This document shows positions 56,369 to 64,000 of a stretch of 64,000 bases of DNA, in pieces; position 1 is the stretch's first letter, and each line of letters begins with the position of its first letter. Origin of the DNA: Candidatus Dormiibacterota bacterium (GTDB lineage: Bacteria; Chloroflexota; Dormibacteria; Aeolococcales; Aeolococcaceae); the NCBI GenBank assembly GCA_963777285.1, contig CAVZPR010000001.1:589039-653038 (forward strand). Direction: 5' to 3'. The translations under genes were made by a program, and so were the position numbers. The notes below the pieces were generated by a model, which was not told where the DNA came from, searched no databases, and worked only from the letters and a program-made list of their open reading frames with translations.

Positions 56369-56680
56369 TCAGCCGAGGCGCACCTCGGTGACGGCGCCGC
56401 CGGCGACGGTGAGCGGTCTTGGCGCCGCGCCGCCCGGCGGCCAGAGCCAGTACTCGCCCGCGCTGAGCTCAGGAAAGAGCGCCGCGTACACCGGCGCATC
56501 GCCTGCGGCGCGCCGGCGCACCACGTTGTGCACCCTTTCCGCGTGCGGCACGCCCGGGCTGAGCTCGATCTCACGATCTTGCTGCGACGCGTCGGTGAGA
56601 ATGAGGAGGGCGCCAACCCCGTCGCCGATGTCCACGATCACGTGGCTCTGCCGGTCGGTGTCGGCGTGGGCCTCGCTCAT
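56369..56680 (-). CDS. Hypothetical 103-aa protein (predicted beta-rich), last gene of the DUF4331 operon
   Basis: ORF starts 23 nt after the DUF4331 stop. VIVDIGDGVGALLILT...EIELSP...VHNVVRRR...AALFPELSAGEYWLW. No family recognised. Confidence 0.55.
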   Translation of the reverse strand: MSEAHADTDRQSHVIVDIGDGVGALLILTDASQQDREIELSPGVPHAERVHNVVRRRAAGDAPVYAALFPELSAGEYWLWPPGGAAPRPLTVAGGAVTEVRLG

Positions 56681-56703
56681 CCCACCAACTTCATCGATGC
56701 CCG

Positions 56704-58095
56704 CTACTTCGACGGCGTGTGGAATCCGTCGTGCGGCAGGCCGAGATACGGGAAGCTCGACTGGTAGCGGCTCGATCCGCCGGCAGGGCCGGTGAGGTCG
56801 TAGATCGCTCCTGCCGCGCCGTCCGGCGTGTACGAGGCCACCAGCGGATACGTGAGCCCCGCGATGGCGCGCAGCTCGATGGTGACGACATCGTCAAAAA
56901 CGCGCCGTCCGTTGGGATACCCGGCCAGGTCTCCACCGAGGATGCCGTACTGGTTCTGCTTCGACGACGACGCCGGCGGGATGGCCAGGTTGAGGCGCAG
57001 CATGTCGGCGAGCGTGCTCCCGGTGTAGTTCTGGAAGCCGCTGATGATCCCTGACGGGATGCCTGTGAGCAGGATCGCCTCGAGGTCGGCGCGCGGCGCA
57101 TGCGATGCGTTCAGCGCTGCGAGGTTCTTGAAGGTGTTGCCCGGGTAGAGGATGGGCAGCAGCGTCGCCACCTCTGGATGGCGGTAGTGGGACACGAACT
57201 GGCTGTCGCCGTTGACCGGCTCGGCGTTCCAGTAGTCCTTCCTGCCCATGGGGATGACGACTTCATTGATGAGCGGATGCCCCAGGCGCGACACCTGCAC
57301 CCACGGGCCCATCTCGTCGGTGTCGGCTTCCGCGTGGCGCACCTCGACGCGGCGCCGGCTGGCGGTGGTCCAGATGCCCAGCACCGACCGCGGGTCGTTG
57401 ACGTCATCCGGATCAGGCGTGAAGCCATCGCGGGTCAGGCTGTTGATCGGCACCTGGATGGCGATCGTGTGCACGTTGGCCGTCTTCAGCGTGTCGACGC
57501 CGGGTGCGGCGGGGGAGGGGATGAGATGAAGCTCCTGGAAGGGGCGGAGGTCCGCCAGGTCGAAGACCGAGCCGAGGTCGACGAAGAATCCATCCTTGCG
57601 CTGACCCGCGAAGATCTTGAAGTCCCTGGAGAATTCGTGCACGGCCTCGCCGGCCAAGGTTGCGTAGTCGGGCGTGGAGCGCGGCCCGATGTTGCACGGC
57701 GGGCAGGCCAGGTTGTCGGCGGACCAGGTGACGTTGCCGTGCTCGTCGAGGCGGCGCACGGAGTAGGACTGCCGCCGGTTCCACGTCGAGTCGCTGATGT
57801 GGTTGATGGGCCCGGTGTTGTAGAGAAACGTCTTGGGGTTGAGCACCTCCGTGCGGAAGTGGAACTGCCAGGTGACGTCGGAGTCGGCGTCGCCGTCGTT
57901 GTCGACGTGGATCTCGTAGAGCACGTCGTCGCCGAACTCGTAGAAGTTGGGTCCGCCGGCGGGCGCCTCGGTGGGCACGTAGTTGGCCACGATGACCACC
58001 GTGTCCTGGTTGTCGGCCGGCCGGAACGCGTACAGATCGGCGCTGTCCGCCACCGGATCCTTGGAGATCGCAGGCGCCTCTCGATGCGAAGACAT
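56704..58095 (-). CDS. DUF4331 domain protein without a signal peptide
   Basis: Starts MSSHREAPAISKDPVADSADLYAFRP, the DUF4331 N-terminal signature as I recall it. 463 aa. SD GAGGG 9 nt upstream. Confidence 0.8.
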   Translation of the reverse strand: MSSHREAPAISKDPVADSADLYAFRPADNQDTVVIVANYVPTEAPAGGPNFYEFGDDVLYEIHVDNDGDADSDVTWQFHFRTEVLNPKTFLYNTGPINHISDSTWNRRQSYSVRRLDEHGNVTWSADNLACPPCNIGPRSTPDYATLAGEAVHEFSRDFKIFAGQRKDGFFVDLGSVFDLADLRPFQELHLIPSPAAPGVDTLKTANVHTIAIQVPINSLTRDGFTPDPDDVNDPRSVLGIWTTASRRRVEVRHAEADTDEMGPWVQVSRLGHPLINEVVIPMGRKDYWNAEPVNGDSQFVSHYRHPEVATLLPILYPGNTFKNLAALNASHAPRADLEAILLTGIPSGIISGFQNYTGSTLADMLRLNLAIPPASSSKQNQYGILGGDLAGYPNGRRVFDDVVTIELRAIAGLTYPLVASYTPDGAAGAIYDLTGPAGGSSRYQSSFPYLGLPHDGFHTPSK

Positions 58096-58139
58096 GGTTG
58101 CTTACCCTCTGTGTGTGCTTCGGTTCTGGAGCGCCGGCG

Positions 58140-58415
58140 CTAGTGCGCGGCGCGGAGCAGCCGGCCCACGAGCTCGGGATCGCGCACGGCGATCTCTCTC
58201 GCGCCCACGACGATCGACAGCTCGCCACGTCGCGGATCGCGCACGTACGCGACGAGCGGCTCGCCGTTGGACTTGGCCAGCACGTCCGTCGCGGTCACGC
58301 CGGCCGCGGCGAGTGCTGCGGCGGCGATGCCGGATCCGAGTGTCAGCGTGCCGATCGACGCCGCGCCGGTGGCCACGCCGGTCTGCAGGAAGCGCCGTCG
58401 AGTGAGGTCGGGCAT
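58140..58415 (-). CDS. Twin-arginine (Tat) signal miniprotein, 91 aa
   Basis: MPDLTRRRFLQTGVATGAASIGTLTLGSGIAAAALAAAG is a canonical Tat signal (S/T-RRxFLx + h-region + AxA). The mature part is only ~50 aa. Confidence 0.65.
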   Translation of the reverse strand: MPDLTRRRFLQTGVATGAASIGTLTLGSGIAAAALAAAGVTATDVLAKSNGEPLVAYVRDPRRGELSIVVGAREIAVRDPELVGRLLRAAH

Positions 58416-58725
58416 GTGTCACCCCTCGCAAGCGGACCGCCGTGCCAGGCGACGGCCCCGTTGTCCCCGCCACCCCGTGGCCGGTGTGCTGCTTTCGCTG
58501 GCACCTACGGATACGAGGCCGGCGCCCCCGCGGATCAGCACCCGGACGCGGGCCTGGCGGGACCGGTGACGACCCGGCTACGAAGCCCCGACCGTCACCT
58601 GGATTTGCCTCGCCGTCGAGTACCCATTGCGTGCTGTGCACGGCAAGTCGAACGACGCTGGCGCTCGCGCTGCGGACGGGCACGGGCGGGCCGGGTTCCG
58701 GTGGCGGCGAGACCGTCGGACCACG

Positions 58726-59880
58726 GTGATCCCGCTCCGTGTCGCCGCGTTTCTGGCGTGCCTGGGGATCGCCGGGGCGCTGGCGCCGGCGTCCGCCGCC
58801 AATGCAGCACCTGGCCCGACTCCGACACCGACCGCAGCGGCGAGCCCCAGCCCGAGCCCGACTGCCCCGCCCACGCCGGCCGAGACACATCTGCAGGCGG
58901 AAGTGACCGCGCTCGAGCAGCAGATCCTCGCGCTGCAGCTGCAGAGTGCGCCGTTTCAGCTGCAGGCGGTGCAGGCGCAACAGCGGGTTGCGACCCTGCA
59001 ACAGCAGCTCGCGGCGGCTCAGCTGGAGCTGGCCGGCGCGAACGTGCGCGTAGCCGAGACGACCGGCCGCCTGCAAGCGCTGCAGCCAGTCCTCGCGGCG
59101 GACCGGGAGCAGCTCGGGGCCCTGATCCTCGGCTCATACAAGATCACGACCGACGGCACCGCGCTCACGGCGGTGCTCAGCAGTCAGAGCCTTGCGCAGG
59201 GCCTCGACCGGCTGCTGTCCTACCAGCAAGTCACTGACGGCATGGAGACGCTGCTGCTCCGCGTGCGCGGCGAGGTGCAGGAGCTGGCGGACCTGCAGCT
59301 GCAGCAACATCAGCAGCAGCAGCAGATCACCGCCCAGGTGAGCTCGGTGCAGGCGCTGCAGGCCCAGGCGACGCAGGACGAGGCCACATATCAACGCAAG
59401 GCGGTCCGGCTGACCGGAAGAGCTGCGGCCCTGACGCAGCAGCTGGATGTTCTGTTGCGGCAGCTGGCGGCGTTGGAGGGCGTGCAGATCGCCAACGTCG
59501 ACGTCAGCGGGGGCAACGTCGGCTCAGTGGCCGGGGGGCTGCCGGCATTCGCGTTCGGTCCCCGCCTCGACGACTTTCCCTGGGGTCAGTGCACCTGGTA
59601 TGTGGCGTCGCTGCGCGACGTCACGTGGAGCGGCAACGCCTGGGAATGGGCGGCTGCCGCTGCGGCCGCGGGCGAGGCGGAGGGTCTGGTGCCCAAGCCG
59701 GGCGCGATCGTCGTCTTCGGGCGCGGCAACGGATACAGCGACATCGGGCACGTCGCATACGTGGAAACCGTGACGGGTCCGACCAGCTTCGTCGTCGACG
59801 AGGCCAACGTGTACGGGCTCGGCGTCGTCGACAGGCGCGCTGTGGCCTCGCTCAACGACGTCGAGGCCTTTATCTACTGA
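58726..59880 (+). CDS. Secreted coiled-coil + CHAP-domain peptidoglycan hydrolase (PcsB-like architecture)
   Basis: Signal peptide (VAAFLACLGIAGALAPASA), P/T/A linker, Q/L-rich heptad region of about 230 aa, C-terminal CHAP (GQCTWYVA ... GHVAYVE). Confidence 0.8.
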   Translation: MIPLRVAAFLACLGIAGALAPASAANAAPGPTPTPTAAASPSPSPTAPPTPAETHLQAEVTALEQQILALQLQSAPFQLQAVQAQQRVATLQQQLAAAQLELAGANVRVAETTGRLQALQPVLAADREQLGALILGSYKITTDGTALTAVLSSQSLAQGLDRLLSYQQVTDGMETLLLRVRGEVQELADLQLQQHQQQQQITAQVSSVQALQAQATQDEATYQRKAVRLTGRAAALTQQLDVLLRQLAALEGVQIANVDVSGGNVGSVAGGLPAFAFGPRLDDFPWGQCTWYVASLRDVTWSGNAWEWAAAAAAAGEAEGLVPKPGAIVVFGRGNGYSDIGHVAYVETVTGPTSFVVDEANVYGLGVVDRRAVASLNDVEAFIY

Positions 59881-59981
59881 GGGCGCCCCGGGGCAGGGCT
59901 CTCGGATCTGGCATGTGGTCGAATTCCTGAGAATATGCATTATCAGGAGCTTTAGTCGCACCGCTCCAAGCCCGTCTGCGG

Positions 59982-60458
59982 TCATCCCCCACGAGCCTGA
60001 CCAGCCTCCTCGCCGATGGCGGTGAGCGCAGCCACGAGGTTGCCGATCGGGCGCGTGGCGTCCAGCTCGTGGGTGCAGGTGGAACGCAGCCGCGGCTCGA
60101 CCTCGGCGATGTGCTTCAGGATCAGGTCGCGTTCCGCCGCCCGCTTGCCGTACGGGTTGGTCGTCCTGATGTCGATCCGCCGTAGCAGCACGTCAGCAGG
60201 CGCGCTGAGCAGGACGATGGCATCGAACCGTGGGTAGAAGCGGCCCTGGTTGGAGACCGTCCCGGAGAGATAGAGCGTCGCGTCACGCTCGCGGGTGAGC
60301 AGCTCTGCGATTCGATCTTCCTGCCACACGTAGCCGTCCTCTTCCTCTGACCACCGGCTCCAGCCGGGCTCGTCGGTGTCCACGACCTCGAAGCCCCGCC
60401 GCCCCAGCGCTTCCAGGACCGTCGACTTGCCGGTGCCGGACATCCCGGTCACGAGCAC
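59982..60458 (-). CDS. P-loop NTPase / kinase-like AAA-domain protein
   Basis: Walker A LVTGMSGTGKST near the N-terminus. Start is GTG 60458, or CTG 60491 overlapping the MBL stop. Confidence 0.7.
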   Translation of the reverse strand: MLVTGMSGTGKSTVLEALGRRGFEVVDTDEPGWSRWSEEEDGYVWQEDRIAELLTRERDATLYLSGTVSNQGRFYPRFDAIVLLSAPADVLLRRIDIRTTNPYGKRAAERDLILKHIAEVEPRLRSTCTHELDATRPIGNLVAALTAIGEEAGQARGG

Positions 60459-60487
60459 GGCGGCGGGCCGTCCGCGAGGGACGCCCG

Positions 60488-61213
60488 TCAGCTGCGACCG
60501 GCGGCGCGGGCGGCCTCGACCGCGGTGTCGACGCCGCCGCTCCATGGATCGCCGTGACCGGGCCAGACGGTGCCGGCACCGGTGCGCTGCAGCCCGCCGA
60601 GCGACGACAGGGCCTGTGACGAGTCGACGTTCAATCCCGCGGGCATGATCTGCGGGCCGCGGCGACCGGTCAGCGGATTGCGCGTGACCAGCGCGTCGCC
60701 GGTGCACAGCGCCGACGCCTCCTCGATCCACAGCGCACAGCTTCCCGCCGTGTGTCCCGGCACGTGCACGGCGCGCGGCCGCCCCGGAACCTCGATCGGC
60801 TCACCGTCTCCGAACGTGACAACCTCCGCCACCGGCACGATCCGCGTGCCCCCGCCACGCATGAGGCCGAAGAGCGTCCGGTACAACTCGGCGTGCACCA
60901 GGTACCGCGCCAGGCCGGTCTCGTGCTTGCCCAGCGGGCCGCCGCGCGCTGCCGCCGCGTCCGCTTCGTGCACGCGCACGGTGGATCCGGCCTCGGTCCG
61001 CGCCCGCTCCGCGAATCCCGTGTGGTCGCTGTGCGCGTGCGTCAGCAGCACGCAGTCCACTGCGTCGAGGCCGAGCCCGCGCGACCGCAGCGCACCCAGC
61101 AGCAGCTTCCAGTCAGCCGGGACGCCGGCGTCGATCAGCGTCACCTTGGACCCCTCCTCCACCAGATACCAATTGGAGATCCCCGACGTCAGCCGCGTGA
61201 CCTGCACCGTCAT
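60488..61213 (-). CDS. MBL-fold metallo-hydrolase
   Basis: LLTHAHSDHTGF (HxHxDH), PGHTAG, GDAL, GHG. ATG 61213 overlaps the upstream stop as ATGA. Confidence 0.88.
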   Translation of the reverse strand: MTVQVTRLTSGISNWYLVEEGSKVTLIDAGVPADWKLLLGALRSRGLGLDAVDCVLLTHAHSDHTGFAERARTEAGSTVRVHEADAAAARGGPLGKHETGLARYLVHAELYRTLFGLMRGGGTRIVPVAEVVTFGDGEPIEVPGRPRAVHVPGHTAGSCALWIEEASALCTGDALVTRNPLTGRRGPQIMPAGLNVDSSQALSSLGGLQRTGAGTVWPGHGDPWSGGVDTAVEAARAAGRS

Positions 61214-61488
61214 CTGGAGAACCGCCGCGCCATCGCTCCCCTGTATCCCGGGAAGTAGCGTTCGATGTCGGGCAGGTCGAAGCTGGCCAGTATGGCCTCC
61301 GGCGGCTCGCGCTCCAGCAGGAAGCAGAACGACTCGCGCACGAGGTCGGCCGCCCGCACCTCCGGTCCCAGGCCGGCGACGTCGGTGTCGAGCACCCCGA
61401 CGTCGAAGCTGCGCCCGTCCACACGCACCGTGTACCGCGTCACCGCGCCGTTGCGTCGCGCACCGCCCACCTCCACCGTCCACGGCAT
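61210..61488 (-). CDS. Hypothetical 92-aa protein
   Basis: MPWTVEVGG...TRYTVRVDGRSFDV. Tightly packed between the esterase (2-nt gap) and the MBL gene (4-nt overlap). Confidence 0.5.
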   Translation of the reverse strand: MPWTVEVGGARRNGAVTRYTVRVDGRSFDVGVLDTDVAGLGPEVRAADLVRESFCFLLEREPPEAILASFDLPDIERYFPGYRGAMARRFSR

Positions 61489-61490
61489 CG

Positions 61491-62222
61491 TCAGCCCCCC
61501 GTCAGCTCGGTGAGGTACTGCGGCAGCATCCGCCACCACGTGGGCCAGTCATGGTCGTACTCGGCAGACCACGCGTCGACCCGGTTTGGGACACCTTTGG
61601 CACCAAGTACCTCCGCCATGCGCCATGACTCCCCCGCGTTCTCCCACCGGCCCTGTCCCGTCGCCAGGATGGCGAAACGCGTGCGCAACGTCTCGAGGAG
61701 AGCACCGTTGAGCCCGGGCAGGAAGTACAGCGGCGTGGCGAAGTACAGCTCCTCCCCCGCTCCATCGCCGATGAAACGCGCCAAATCGTACGTACCACTC
61801 ATACCGACCGCGGCGCTCACCACGTCGGGGAAGCGGCACATCAGCGCCACGGCGTTGAAGGCGCCGACGGACGCGCCCGCCGCGATCACCTCGATGTCGG
61901 GATCGACGCAGTCCGCGCGAATGGCCGGCACCATCTCGTAGCGCACGAACTCCTGGTACGCCTTGAGCAGCGCGCCGCGATAGGCGGGCGAGCCCTCGTT
62001 GAGCATCATCGCCGAGCCGGCGACGCTGTCACACGAGTACACCTTGATGCGTCCGGCGTCGAGCAAGCCCTCGAGCGAGCCGACCAGGTGGCGTCGCTCG
62101 ACCTCCTCGGCGTCACCACCCGCGGTGGGAAAGACGATCACCGGCCGGCCGTAGTGGCCCCAGCGGACCACGTTCACGTCGCGGTAGATCCGGCCGGAGT
62201 ACCAGCGCTCCATCAATTTCAC
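61491..62222 (-). CDS. Esterase-family alpha/beta hydrolase
   Basis: 243 aa. VIVFPTAGGD, nucleophile elbow GASVGA, WPTW near the C-terminus. Putative-esterase (ferri-siderophore/PHB esterase-like) fold. Confidence 0.75.
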   Translation of the reverse strand: MKLMERWYSGRIYRDVNVVRWGHYGRPVIVFPTAGGDAEEVERRHLVGSLEGLLDAGRIKVYSCDSVAGSAMMLNEGSPAYRGALLKAYQEFVRYEMVPAIRADCVDPDIEVIAAGASVGAFNAVALMCRFPDVVSAAVGMSGTYDLARFIGDGAGEELYFATPLYFLPGLNGALLETLRTRFAILATGQGRWENAGESWRMAEVLGAKGVPNRVDAWSAEYDHDWPTWWRMLPQYLTELTGG

Positions 62223-62248
62223 GGGGCGAGTCTCCCGGAAAGCACTGC

Positions 62249-63409
62249 CTAGGGGAAGACCAGGCGGGCGTCGCCGGGGAGCAGCCAGCCGAGGCCGTCC
62301 AGCAGGCGGTCGCGCCAGCTGATCCAGTTGTGCCCGTCGAGCCCCTCCACCAGGCGGAACTCGGCGGCCATGGCCTGCAGGGTTGCGGCCATGCCCCGGT
62401 TGTGGTCGGCCGAAGGCTCGAACGCCCCGACGCTGAGGAAGATGCGCTCGGCGACCAGCCGCGGCGCGGCGCGGATGCCGTTGACGAAGCGCAGCACCGG
62501 TTCCAGCGGCCCCTCGCGGCGGGAGCGCCCCGCCACCCGGTAGTAGAAGGTGCCCGACTGAAGCAGGAGCCCGCCGTAAAAGCCAGGGGCTCGCACGGCG
62601 GCGGCCAAAGACGCGATGGCGCCCATGCTGGCTCCGGCGAGCACGCGACCCGCGGGGTCGGCGCGCAGCGGCATGGTTCGCTCCAGGCGCGGCACCAGCT
62701 CCGCCGTGAGAAACCGGCTGTGCGCAGGGCTGGCCGCGTACTCGCTCAAGCGCTCGCCCGGATGCGTCAGCGCCACCAGCGTGTCGGCCACGAGGCGGTG
62801 GTGCATCAAGTTGTCCAGGACGGTGGCCACTCCGGAGAAGTTGAGGAAGTCGCCGCCGTCGTGCATGACCAGCAGCGGCAGTCGGTCGCGACGGCGCATC
62901 CGCACCGGGAGGTACAGCGTCACCCTGGCCTCACGCTTCAGGTGCCGGCTGGGGATCCGCACCTCGACCAGCTCCCCGGGGACCACCGCAGGGTCGGCGA
63001 CAGCCCACCACGGGGTCTCGTACCCACCGGCCTCGAGCACGGACTTGCTGCCGCTTGGGTCGTGCGCCTGTTTCGGGTTGAGCGGGTCGAGCACGCTCTC
63101 GATGTCGCCGCCGCGGCGCACCAGGATTCGGTACTCGATGCGAGAACCAGGCGGCAGCTCCACCGTGGCGTGCCAGAGGTCCCCGCCGCCGCGAAGCCGG
63201 CGCATGACGACCGGATCGGGCAACCCGGTTACGCGATGCTCCACGCCGACGGCGTCGGCGTCGCCACGCCAGAGAAACGTGCACGACGTCCCCTCGACGA
63301 TGGGAACCGTCGCCTCGCCGAGCAGCGCGTCGAGCGCTGCCGGGTCCGCGGCCGCTGCGCGGAGACGGTCGATCGTCCGCCCGGGACGTCGCTCGCGGTT
63401 GAGGATCAC
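62249..63409 (-). CDS. Esterase-family alpha/beta hydrolase with an N-terminal beta-sandwich domain (enterochelin-esterase-like)
   Basis: N-terminal TFLWRGDADAVGVEH...WHATVELPPGSRIEYRI. LLVMHDGGDF. GASMGA elbow. GHNW. GTGA overlap with the upstream gene. Confidence 0.78.
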   Translation of the reverse strand: MILNRERRPGRTIDRLRAAAADPAALDALLGEATVPIVEGTSCTFLWRGDADAVGVEHRVTGLPDPVVMRRLRGGGDLWHATVELPPGSRIEYRILVRRGGDIESVLDPLNPKQAHDPSGSKSVLEAGGYETPWWAVADPAVVPGELVEVRIPSRHLKREARVTLYLPVRMRRRDRLPLLVMHDGGDFLNFSGVATVLDNLMHHRLVADTLVALTHPGERLSEYAASPAHSRFLTAELVPRLERTMPLRADPAGRVLAGASMGAIASLAAAVRAPGFYGGLLLQSGTFYYRVAGRSRREGPLEPVLRFVNGIRAAPRLVAERIFLSVGAFEPSADHNRGMAATLQAMAAEFRLVEGLDGHNWISWRDRLLDGLGWLLPGDARLVFP

Positions 63410-64000
63410 GCGGCCTCCGCCGCTCCGCGCACGCCGCCGTCGGGTCCGACCACCCTGGCGGTGCGCAGGTCGGGCGCGGCGCCCTCGTCGCACTGAATGC
63501 GATCACCGTCGTCGAGCAGGACGCACGCGTCCGGCGCGCATCGCCGTGCCAGCAGCGCCATCGCGTCGGCGTCGTCCGAGTCCAGGCGCGCCGCCGCAGC
63601 CGGAATCGGCACGATGCCGCTGAGCACCTGCAGTCCAACATCCGCCAGCTCGGCGGGCCGGCGCGCCAAGTCGTGGTCATCGATGACCAGAACTCGCGAC
63701 CCCACGGCCATGCAGCCCGAGGACCATGCCAGCAACGGCAGCGAGGCCGCGTCGACGACGCCGCAGAGTCGCATGCACTCGAGCAGGACGCTGACGTGGC
63801 CGCCCGCGATTGCGATGGCGGCGCACCCGTCGAGCACCTCGCGCACCGCCGCACGGTGCGCCACGACGATGTCGCTGGCTTCGGGGGGATGCGCCTCCGC
63901 AAACGCGGCACGCGAATCACGCACCGCCGCGAGATGGTCCGCGTCGAGCCGCCGCACGTCTTGGATCGCCTGGTCGAGCTCGGTGCCGATGCGGCGGCGC
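63406..64000 (-). CDS. Peptidase-E/cyanophycinase-like (type 1 glutamine amidotransferase-like) protein; 5' end beyond the window
   Basis: AIAIAGGHVSVLL, AWSSGCMAVG. The frame remains open from 63957 to the window edge. Confidence 0.5.
   Translation of the reverse strand, partial: RRRIGTELDQAIQDVRRLDADHLAAVRDSRAAFAEAHPPEASDIVVAHRAAVREVLDGCAAIAIAGGHVSVLLECMRLCGVVDAASLPLLAWSSGCMAVGSRVLVIDDHDLARRPAELADVGLQVLSGIVPIPAAAARLDSDDADAMALLARRCAPDACVLLDDGDRIQCDEGAAPDLRTARVVGPDGGVRGAAEAA

Noticed and set aside
58440-58725. Possible c-di-AMP (ydaO/yuaA) riboswitch upstream of the CHAP hydrolase.
   Set aside because: Only scattered resemblances (CGGGACC, CCCGACCGUCA). The conserved blocks GGGGACCCA, GGGGUGAAUC and CCGACAGCUAACCUCGUAAGCG are absent or out of order.

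Overview
Very GC-rich bacterial chromosome segment (roughly 70% GC by eye), almost entirely plus-strand housekeeping operons. Order: a convergent MFS-cNMP / GT4 / GH8 group, thrS-tlyA, infC-rpmI-rplT-pheS-pheT-mpg, yebC-ruvCAB-queA-tgt-secDF, rimP-nusA-ylxR-infB-rbfA-nrnA-truB-ribF-lipid kinase, rpsO-pnp-asd-udg-rnj-ftsK-udgX-yajQ-pgsA-cinA-recA-recX, rny-spoVS-miaB-mutS-mutL-miaA-lexA. A more accessory minus-strand block follows from about 52.9 kb to the window end: LysM SOS gene, Nudix, tyrosine recombinase, DUF4331 operon, CHAP hydrolase, and an esterase/MBL/P-loop operon. RNase Y, RNase J, SpoVS, YlxR and GAAC-N4-GTTC LexA boxes in a high-GC genome suggest a deep-branching monoderm-like lineage such as Chloroflexota, Dormibacterota or basal Actinomycetota; I cannot decide which from sequence alone. 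I saw no rRNA, tRNA, CRISPR array or clear transposon. Most notable observations: (1) an orphan promoter-plus-terminator unit on the minus strand at 12.83-13.10 kb predicting a structured RNA of about 235 nt that I cannot assign to a family; (2) two diverged inverted copies of a 120-135 nt GC-rich hairpin element bracketing rimP-nusA, with compensatory base-pair changes, plus a third element of the same build between yebC and ruvC; (3) a readable SOS regulon (recA, lexA, yebC-ruvCAB, and a YneA-like LysM gene with three perfect operators); (4) a Tat-signal miniprotein + signal-less DUF4331 + small protein operon; (5) single-nucleotide frame breaks in nusA and rny and an apparent one at secD/secF; (6) several conserved N-termini that lack any ATG/GTG/TTG start. 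Many long alternate-frame and antisense ORFs in the track are high-GC artefacts and are not reported.
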